This document shows positions 7,575-13,316 of a stretch of DNA of 13,316 nucleotides, in pieces. The stretch spans positions 1 to 13,316 of the forward strand of contig JBBRMW010000160.1 in NCBI GenBank assembly GCA_038230635.1. The letters are read 5' to 3'. The notes beneath the pieces are model-generated. The model was not told the DNA's origin, searched no databases, and was given only the letters and a program-made list of their open reading frames with translations. How positions within the stretch are numbered: the stretch's first letter is position 1; every line of letters starts with the position of its first letter. The position numbers were made by a program, and so were the translations under genes. Source of the stretch: Aggregatilineales bacterium. Lineage in GTDB: Bacteria; Chloroflexota; Anaerolineae; Aggregatilineales; UBA2796.

Positions 7575-7715
7575 AGCCCGGGGCTGAAGCCACCGGGCTG
7601 AAACCAAGTTTTTGAGAGGCTGTTTTCGGCAAACCTATGGCCGAATGATCAAAAGATGTGGCTGTACCAATCTCTCTAAAATTTGATTTTAGCCCGGTGG
7701 CTTCAGCCCCGGGCT
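7575..7715. repeat. Perfect 25-bp inverted repeat (agcccggggctgaagccaccgggct at 7575-7599 and agcccggtggcttcagccccgggct at 7691-7715) flanking a 91-nt AT-rich spacer. MITE-like or structured-RNA element.
   Basis: Exact reverse-complementarity verified base by base. Each arm also contains its own internal mini-hairpin (ggc-N4-gcc). Confidence 0.7.
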
Positions 7716-7719
7716 TTTA
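7691..7719 (+). terminator. Probable intrinsic terminator for the flotillin gene: GC-rich stem (agcccgg..ccgggct with inner ggc/gcc stem) followed by TTTT
   Basis: A stem of about 10 bp with one bulge, followed by a U-run at 7715-7718, ~130 nt downstream of the stop. It coincides with the right arm of the 25-bp IR. Confidence 0.45.
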
Positions 7720-7864
7720 TGATAAGGAACGGGATCGTTCGTTCTTGCAAAATCTCCTCGCTTTCGGTTATCGTTATGGGATATGAGCTTGTCGTCATAT
7801 TCCTTCATAACACCACGTCTGTGATTGAAACGTGTCGAGCGTAACGAGACGAGGAACAACTACC

Positions 7865-9616
7865 ATGTCAAAAATTCTCACTGTGGAGCAAATGCGCGCC
7901 ACCGAAGCCGCTGCCGATACGGCGGGCTTGAGCTATGAAACGATGATGGCACACGCGGGCCGCATCGTCGCCGATCGGGTGAAGCAGCTTTTAGAAGATT
8001 ACACCGATCCGCGCGTGACGGTGCTCGTCGGCAAAGGCAATAACGGCGGCGATGGACTGGTCGCCGCGCGTTTGATCGCCGCTGAGACCGAGGCCGTGGT
8101 CAGCATCTTCTTGACCGAGCCGCGCGACGAATCCGACCCATTGTTGGCCGAAGTCCGTAAATCCGAACTCTTGATCGCCGATGCGGCGACCGATGGTGCG
8201 GGCGGTTATCGCGTTTTGCGCACGATGATCGCCAACGCCGATATCGTGATCGACGCCATCCTGGGTACGGGCGCGAAGCTACCGATCAAGGGCGAACTTA
8301 AAAAGATTCTGGCGCAGATCGATCGCGCGCTGAAAGATCGAAAGGCGGATCATCCGCATCTGCATCTGACCACGCCGATCCGCCCGACGGTTTCAGGCGC
8401 ACGCGATCCGATCATTGTGGCTATCGATTTGCCGACGGGCCTCGACGCCGATACGGGCGAACTCGATCCGAGTGCGCTGTACGCCGCTGAAACGATCACA
8501 CTGGAAGCTGCCAAACCCGGCCTGTTGACCTTCCCCGGCGCGGCTGCCGTTGGCACGCTGCACATTGGCGCGCTCGGCATTCCTGAAAAGACCGAACCTG
8601 CCGCCAGCGTCAAGCATACGCTGGTCGATGCGTCGGTGGTGCGCGCTCTGCTCCCGGAGCGCCCAGCCAACGCCAATAAGGGCACGTTTGGCAAGGCGTT
8701 GATTGCCGCTGGATCGATCAATTATACGGGCGCGGCGGCGTTGGCGGCATTGTCGGCCTATCGTGTTGGCGCGGGCTTGGTGACAGTTGCCGCACCGCAG
8801 CCAATCATTCCGATGCTGGCCGCGCACTTGGTCGAGGCGACGTGGCTGCTGTTGCCCCACGATATGGGGGTGCTCAGCAAGGGTGCGGCGCGCGTCCTGC
8901 GCGAGGAAATGGCGGGTTATACCGCGATGCTGATCGGCCCCGGCCTCGGTCAGGAAGAACCGACCGCCGAATTCATCGAAGCGCTGTTCCAATCGGAGAC
9001 GGTCAAAGTCAAAACACGCTCATTCGGATTTTCTGCTGCGCCCGTTGCGACGGCGGAGATGCCCAATGGCAAAGATAAAGGCAAGGGTGAGGGCGCGCTG
9101 CCTCCGCTCGTGATCGATGCGGATGGTCTGAACCTGCTCGCCAAGATCGAGTCGTGGTGGACTCGGCTGCCTGCCCGCACGGTGCTCACGCCGCACCCTG
9201 GCGAATTTGCGCGACTCGCCCACATCGAAGATAAAGATGATGAAAAGGCGACGGACGTGGTGGCAAAGAATCGGATCGGGCTGGCCGCCGAAAAAGCCGC
9301 CGCCTGGAACATGATCGTTGTACTCAAAGGCGCATATACCGTGATCGCCGATCCCGATGGGCGCGTGGCAGTGCTGCCCTTTGCCAATCCAGGTTTGGCG
9401 CGTGCCGGGACGGGTGACGTGCTGGCCGGGATGATCGTCGGGTTGCTGGCGGGCGGCCTCGATCCGTTCGATGCGGCAGTGCTTGGCGGTTATCTGCATG
9501 GTTACGCGGGTGAACTGGCGACGAGCTATGTCGGACATCCGGCGAGCGTTTTGGCGGGCGACGTGGCCGCGCACATTTCCGATGCGCTGGCGACCGTGAG
9601 CGCGGTCTCGGCATGA
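7865..9616 (+). CDS. nnr: Bifunctional NAD(P)H-hydrate repair enzyme Nnr (YjeF-N epimerase plus YjeF-C ADP-dependent dehydratase), with lineage-specific insertions
   Basis: 'VLVGKGNNGGDGLVAAR' (YjeF_N) and, in the C-terminal half, 'MLIGPGLG', 'VIDADGLN', 'VLTPHPGEFARL', 'VLKGAYTVIA', 'AGTGDVLAG' (carbohydrate-kinase-like dehydratase). The preferred start is ATG 7865 (GAGGAA 9 nt upstream); the track ORF starts at 7832. Confidence 0.85.
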   Translation: MSKILTVEQMRATEAAADTAGLSYETMMAHAGRIVADRVKQLLEDYTDPRVTVLVGKGNNGGDGLVAARLIAAETEAVVSIFLTEPRDESDPLLAEVRKSELLIADAATDGAGGYRVLRTMIANADIVIDAILGTGAKLPIKGELKKILAQIDRALKDRKADHPHLHLTTPIRPTVSGARDPIIVAIDLPTGLDADTGELDPSALYAAETITLEAAKPGLLTFPGAAAVGTLHIGALGIPEKTEPAASVKHTLVDASVVRALLPERPANANKGTFGKALIAAGSINYTGAAALAALSAYRVGAGLVTVAAPQPIIPMLAAHLVEATWLLLPHDMGVLSKGAARVLREEMAGYTAMLIGPGLGQEEPTAEFIEALFQSETVKVKTRSFGFSAAPVATAEMPNGKDKGKGEGALPPLVIDADGLNLLAKIESWWTRLPARTVLTPHPGEFARLAHIEDKDDEKATDVVAKNRIGLAAEKAAAWNMIVVLKGAYTVIADPDGRVAVLPFANPGLARAGTGDVLAGMIVGLLAGGLDPFDAAVLGGYLHGYAGELATSYVGHPASVLAGDVAAHISDALATVSAVSA

Positions 9617-10377
9617 AGCGCTTAATCGTCAATGCTGATGATTTTGGTTTCGCACCGGGAGTCACGCGCGGGATTTTGGAGGCGCATCAAAAAGGTGTCG
9701 TCACTTCGACCAGCGTCATGATGAACTATCCCGAATCCGCCGCCGCGCTGGAAGCCGGACTGCGCGATGCTCCGAGTCTCGGCTTTGGGCTGCACATTAC
9801 GATTACGGGCGGTGGGCATCCGCTCAGCGCCCCTGAGTCGATCCCCTCGCTGCTGACGGCGGCGGGCACGTTTCCCGAAGTCCACGAATCCTACACATGG
9901 CACGATCGCGCTGATCGCTACAAAACCGATGAGATCGCGCGCGAAGTCAAGGCGCAGTTCGATCGGTTCGTGGCGGTGGCCGGACGGCTTCCCGATCACC
10001 TGGACAGCCACCACCATGCCATCTATCAACCGAAAGGGCTGCCCGTCCTGCTGCAATTGGCGGCGGAACATCACCTGTCGATTCGGCCTGCCGCCGAAGC
10101 CAAATCATCGTCAGCGGTCATGCCCGATCATTTCCTGGACGGGTTTTACGATAAGACGGCCACGCTCGGAAGCCTGCTTTTAATACTGACCGAACTAGCC
10201 GAGGGATCGACCGAATTGATGTGTCATCCTGGTTACGTGGATGCCGAATTGATCGCGCGTGACAGCTACCGTGATCCGCGCGAAGGCGAAATCACTGCGC
10301 TGACGCACAAAAGCGTGCGCGAAGTGCTGGCGGCTGAGGACATCGAACTGATCACCTTCGCGGATTTGGGGAACTAG
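9613..10377 (+). CDS. YdjC/ChbG-family carbohydrate deacetylase-like protein
   Basis: N-terminal 'MKRLIVNADDFGFAPGVTRGILEAHQKGVVTSTSVM' is the hallmark of the YdjC family. The start overlaps the nnr stop (ATGA at 9613-9616). Confidence 0.8.
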   Translation: MKRLIVNADDFGFAPGVTRGILEAHQKGVVTSTSVMMNYPESAAALEAGLRDAPSLGFGLHITITGGGHPLSAPESIPSLLTAAGTFPEVHESYTWHDRADRYKTDEIAREVKAQFDRFVAVAGRLPDHLDSHHHAIYQPKGLPVLLQLAAEHHLSIRPAAEAKSSSAVMPDHFLDGFYDKTATLGSLLLILTELAEGSTELMCHPGYVDAELIARDSYRDPREGEITALTHKSVREVLAAEDIELITFADLGN

Positions 10378-10380
10378 CCA

Positions 10381-10794
10381 ATGGCACTCGAACTCTACAT
10401 GGTCGGCGTGATCGTCGCGGATATGGCGAAGGCGATCGAATTCTACGAGCGGCTCGGCGTCGAAATCCCGCCAGACAGCGTATCCAAGCTACATGTCGAA
10501 GTCAAAATGGGCAATATGACCTTTTTCTTGAGTGATCGACGGCACAACGCGCGTTGGGACCCGGCCAAAACCGAGGCAGCGGGCGGCTATCGAATCATCT
10601 TGGAGTTCTATCTCAAGACTCGCGCGGCGGTCGAGGCGAAATATGCCGAGATGATCGGGTATGGCTATCAAAGCCACGTTGCACCGTATCGTGTTTCCGG
10701 CAAGCTGTATTTTTCGATGCTAGACGATCCCGATGGCAACACGGTCTTGCTCTCCGGCGAATCGGAAGACGAGGCGGCAACTCCGCAATCATGA
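10381..10794 (+). CDS. VOC family protein (glyoxalase/bleomycin-resistance/dioxygenase fold), 137 aa
   Basis: Small protein with 'VGVIVADMAKAIEFYERLGVE' beta-alpha-beta N-terminus and a repeated module 'YRIILEF..' typical of the VOC fold. It starts 3 nt after the YdjC stop. Confidence 0.7.
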   Translation: MALELYMVGVIVADMAKAIEFYERLGVEIPPDSVSKLHVEVKMGNMTFFLSDRRHNARWDPAKTEAAGGYRIILEFYLKTRAAVEAKYAEMIGYGYQSHVAPYRVSGKLYFSMLDDPDGNTVLLSGESEDEAATPQS

Positions 10795-11411
10795 GCGACG
10801 AACCGCGTTATGTGCCCTTCGATGATCTGCCGCCTGACGACGAGTCCGTACCGTCGCCGCGTCCCGTGATGCCGGAACGTAAACCAAACACGGCACGTTT
10901 GACGCCGCCGCCGGAACCTTTGAAAGCCGCGCCGCACCGCGTCCGCTTGGTGATGCCGTTTTCGCCGGGCTTGCTTGAACGGATCAAATCACTGCGGGCG
11001 AGTGCGGGCGTCACGGGTGAGCAACCGCGCGAATTGGTGCTGACTGAAGTGATCGAAATTAGCGACGAGCCTGCGCTCCATGCCTTGCTCGCCCCCGATC
11101 AGCGCGATCTGCCGCTAACGGTGACGTTGACGCGCGTCGAGGCGCTCGTGCGCGGACCGCAAACGTACCTTGCTGGTTGGGTGATCGATGATGCCGACAA
11201 GCTGAACGAAATTCACGCGGATTTGATCGGCGCACTCAAAGCGGAAGACATCATCGAGGACGAAGGCGCGTTCGAGTCTGAGTTCGATCCGCTGGTGCTG
11301 GCGGGCGAATCTGTCCCAGTGAAGGCGTTTCCGGCACTAATCGCGGCCATGCAGCGCGATTTTGCGCCGTTTACTTGGCGAATCGAGTCGATTGTGGCGC
11401 GCCCGGAGTAA
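10791..11411 (+). CDS. Hypothetical protein, 206 aa. It has a Pro-rich disordered N-terminus (~50 aa) followed by a domain resembling a 2H-phosphoesterase (LigT/ThpR-like) fold, but with both H-x-T/S-x catalytic motifs substituted.
   Basis: ATG 10791 overlaps the VOC stop (ATGA). The in-frame upstream extension in the track ORF (from 10554) overlaps the VOC gene and is rejected. Motif positions 'LPLTVTLTRV' and 'FDPLVLAGE', and the C-terminus 'FTWRIESIVA', align from memory with E. coli ThpR 'LHLTLAFLG', 'FHPHITLLR' and 'FNWSYAVTEFTLYAS'. Confidence 0.55.
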   Translation: MSDEPRYVPFDDLPPDDESVPSPRPVMPERKPNTARLTPPPEPLKAAPHRVRLVMPFSPGLLERIKSLRASAGVTGEQPRELVLTEVIEISDEPALHALLAPDQRDLPLTVTLTRVEALVRGPQTYLAGWVIDDADKLNEIHADLIGALKAEDIIEDEGAFESEFDPLVLAGESVPVKAFPALIAAMQRDFAPFTWRIESIVARPE

Positions 11412-11417
11412 TGTCAA

Positions 11418-11461
11418 CCTCACCCCCCCAGCCCCCTCTCCGTAACCACAGCGAGGGGGTG
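11418..11461. repeat. Copy 2 of the ~44-nt REP-like repeat, reverse orientation relative to copy 1 (cctcaccccccc ag ccccctctccgt aaccacagc gagggggtg). The hairpin is degraded to a 7-bp stem.
   Basis: Aligned by eye to the reverse complement of 2921-2962. It lies 7 nt after the stop of the 10791-11411 gene. Confidence 0.6.
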
Positions 11462-11514
11462 TCAAGCCGCGGCCTTGTCATAGGTGGCACGAAACAATTG
11501 CCCAAACCTCCGCG

Positions 11515-12228
11515 ATGTGTGCATCCAACGAGAAGTCGAGGGTGAGGGCTTTGTATCGTCGGCTGCTTCGATTCGGTTTTCGGCTGCTCTATAACGAGAT
11601 GGCCTGGACGTATGATGCGGTGAGTTGGGTCGTCAGCCTCGGCGAGTGGCGTGCCTGGGGATGCAGCGCGATCGGACATCTGAATGCGCCGCCCGGTAGT
11701 CGGGTGCTCGAACTGGCGCATGGCACGGGGCACTTGCAAGGCGCGCTTCGATCGGCGGGTTATGCCTCAATCGGCTATGACCTGAGCCGTGCGATGGGAC
11801 GCATCGCCTCACATAGACTGCGACTGCGTGGGATCACGCCGGATCTCGTGCGCGGGTATGCGCAGCAGCTACCTTTTTCGGCAGGGTCATTCGCGGCGCT
11901 GATCTGCACCTTCCCGACGGAGTTCATCGTCGATCCGGCGACAATCGCGGAAGCATATCGCGTACTGCAACCGGGTGGGCGGCTTGTGTTTGTGCCGAGC
12001 GGTTCGCTGACAGGGCGCGGAGTCGCCCAAAGCACCGTGGAAGCCGCGTATCGTGTCACGGGTCAACGCGGATCATGGCCGTCGGCGGTCTGGGCAAGAT
12101 TCACGGTGGCGGGTTTTACGGTGTCAGAGGAGGTCGAACCGTGCAAACGAAGTGTCGCGCACGTCGTGATCGCTGAGAAACCGTCGGATTACCCATCGAC
12201 CGGATCAAGCGTCTCATCGCCTGTATAG
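11515..12228 (+). CDS. Class I SAM-dependent methyltransferase (Methyltransf_11/25-like)
   Basis: 'VLELAHGTGHLQGAL' (motif I, GxGxG-like), 'YRVLQPGGRLVF' (post-motif II/III 'L.PGG.l') and the N-terminal 'LLYNEMAWTYDAVSW' pattern. The start is uncertain: ATG 11515, with no obvious SD. Confidence 0.7.
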   Translation: MCASNEKSRVRALYRRLLRFGFRLLYNEMAWTYDAVSWVVSLGEWRAWGCSAIGHLNAPPGSRVLELAHGTGHLQGALRSAGYASIGYDLSRAMGRIASHRLRLRGITPDLVRGYAQQLPFSAGSFAALICTFPTEFIVDPATIAEAYRVLQPGGRLVFVPSGSLTGRGVAQSTVEAAYRVTGQRGSWPSAVWARFTVAGFTVSEEVEPCKRSVAHVVIAEKPSDYPSTGSSVSSPV

Positions 12229-12890
12229 TTGATGCCGCGCGCTTTGATATAGCGCTCGAATTCGGTCAGACGCGCGATTTGTTGGGGACTGAGCGTGATA
12301 AATGGTCGTCGCCCCTTGACCAATGCGGTTGCCGCTTTGATTGAGTGCCCGCGCGCAATCAGATAGGCCAGCGCCATCGTCGGAGCGCGTCCGAGGCCCC
12401 CTGCGCAGTGGATGTAAACGGGACGTTGCGCCACCACCTGCTCATGGATGAAACTTGCGCCGCGTACCAACTGTTCGACAGTGGAGGGAGTGCCGTCGAT
12501 GGTGGGCAGCCACAACGAATGCGTTGCTTCGATCCCCGATCGGCGATCATCCCATTCAACGCGCATATTGACGATCGCGCCGATACCCCATTTTTGCAAA
12601 CGTCGCCAGCCGCGCCGACTGACCTGTCCGCCGAGATAGACGTGTTGCGTCAATTGCGTCAGGTGTCGAAAGGGCGGCAGACGACCATGATCGCCGGCCC
12701 GCGACAACGTATACCAGATGAGACTGCGTGGCAACTGCCGGATCATGCCGGGCAATGATGCTGAAACGGGCTGAACAGCGCGCTTGTCGGAGGATCGTTG
12801 TTTCATCGCTTGGACGCGGAAGCCCCTGCCTTTAGACATGGGGAGGAAGCGCCGTTCCTTTCTAACTCGTTTGATAAGCGTAACCATCAT
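12189..12890 (-). CDS. Dual-specificity (Tyr/Ser/Thr) protein phosphatase, CX5R type
   Basis: Active-site signature 'VYIHCAGGLGRAPTMALAYLI' (HCxxGxxR(S/T)). The domain starts around 'HVYLGG'. The true start is probably an internal Met (12839, 12806 or 12746), because the first ~50 aa are Arg/Lys-rich and not domain-like. The 3' end overlaps the methyltransferase by 40 nt (convergent). Confidence 0.7.
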   Translation of the reverse strand: MMVTLIKRVRKERRFLPMSKGRGFRVQAMKQRSSDKRAVQPVSASLPGMIRQLPRSLIWYTLSRAGDHGRLPPFRHLTQLTQHVYLGGQVSRRGWRRLQKWGIGAIVNMRVEWDDRRSGIEATHSLWLPTIDGTPSTVEQLVRGASFIHEQVVAQRPVYIHCAGGLGRAPTMALAYLIARGHSIKAATALVKGRRPFITLSPQQIARLTEFERYIKARGINYTGDETLDPVDG

Positions 12891-12929
12891 TGTGTTAAAG
12901 GCGCTGACAACAGCAATAGCCGCTGTCTT

Positions 12930-13316
12930 GGAAGAAAATCAATGACGATTGCGTGGGGCGATGATTATAGTTCTTGCCGATCAAAGCACCCAACATAGTT
13001 ACTCAAAGGGGTGCAGGCAAAGGTTGTCAGGCAACATGTGGCAGGGCGAAAGGCGCAAAGTTAACCTTATCGCATAAGAAGGCAGCCCGGGCTTTAGCGA
13101 GTTTACGAGCGCCATCTTGGCTCCAACGAGCACCTGACAGTTTCAAACGCTGTAAGCCGATTTGCTTACACGTGCTTTCCATGACCCCTGAGCCTATTTG
13201 TAAGCCGAGCGCGCGGTATTTGGGATAGCGCAGGCGGGTGCGGTTATTGGCAAAGTAACGGCGAGCGGCGTCAGAAGCAGCGGGCGCTTTGGGGCGGATG
13301 GTGCGACAAGCGCGCA
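12930..13316 (-). mobile_element. Partial insertion sequence (ISKra4-like), right end. The terminus lies somewhere between ~12900 and 13026 and its boundary is not resolved.
   Basis: Inferred from the transposase C-terminus ending at 13027. The terminal inverted repeat cannot be identified without the other IS end. Confidence 0.4.
13027..13316 (-). CDS. DDE transposase, C-terminal 95 codons (ISKra4-family-like). The 5' part lies beyond the window end.
   Basis: Minus-strand translation from 13314 gives 'RRYFANNRTRLRYPKYRALGLQIGSGVMESTCKQIGLQRLKLSGARWSQDGARKLAKARAAFLCDKVNFAPFALPHVA*' with TGA at 13027-13029. The pattern Y-x-x-N-N-R-x-R-L/M-x-Y-x-x-Y-R-x-x-G-L-x-I-G-S-G-x-x-E-S-x-C-K ... R-L-K-x-S-G-x-R-W matches my memory of ISKra4-type transposase C-termini. 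It is absent from the ORF track because the fragment has no Met and runs off the window. Confidence 0.65.
   Translation of the reverse strand, partial: RACRTIRPKAPAASDAARRYFANNRTRLRYPKYRALGLQIGSGVMESTCKQIGLQRLKLSGARWSQDGARKLAKARAAFLCDKVNFAPFALPHVA

Noticed and set aside
10554-10790. An in-frame N-terminal extension of the 10791-11411 gene back to 10554
   Set aside because: It overlaps the VOC gene entirely in another frame, and the Gly/Arg-rich sequence is not protein-like. ATG 10791 with stop-start overlap is the natural start.
12974-13228. An 84-aa plus-strand ORF (MPIKAPNIVTQRGAGKG..)
   Set aside because: It is antisense to the transposase C-terminal coding region, which has a convincing conserved motif. 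The composition is not protein-like.
1-13316. CRISPR arrays / regularly spaced direct repeats
   Set aside because: No direct repeats of 24-40 bp with regular spacing were seen. The only repeated short elements are the two inverted-orientation REP-like copies 8.5 kb apart.

Overview
This is a high-GC bacterial chromosomal segment. Most of it is housekeeping-type genes on the + strand: the 3' part of a GT-C/GT39-like membrane glycosyltransferase, RNase Z, a CPG2-like M20 peptidase, a long flotillin/SPFH protein, and a translationally coupled four-gene cluster (Nnr NAD(P)HX repair enzyme, YdjC-family deacetylase, VOC/glyoxalase-fold protein, and a Pro-rich protein that looks like a degenerate 2H-phosphoesterase). 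These are followed by a class I SAM methyltransferase that overlaps convergently with a minus-strand dual-specificity (HCxxGxxR) phosphatase. The far right edge holds the 3' end of a minus-strand DDE transposase (ISKra4-like C-terminal motif) that the ORF track misses because it has no Met in the window, so the window ends inside an IS element. A minus-strand M50B-like (HELGH) membrane metallopeptidase is split by a single in-frame TAG that is immediately followed by ATG. Three intergenic gaps are lower-GC and heavily structured. They carry (a) a ~44-nt hairpin plus G-tract repeat present at two loci in opposite orientation, (b) a nested 18-bp inverted repeat around that hairpin, (c) a ~17-bp-stem/87-nt-loop hairpin that overlaps the peptidase stop codon, and (d) a perfect 25-bp inverted repeat with a 91-nt AT-rich spacer downstream of the flotillin gene. 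I see no CRISPR array, rRNA or convincing tRNA. No classical multi-gene defence system is evident. The most unusual content is the MITE-like/REP-like structured elements, the split peptidase, and the IS-adjacent phosphatase/methyltransferase pair.
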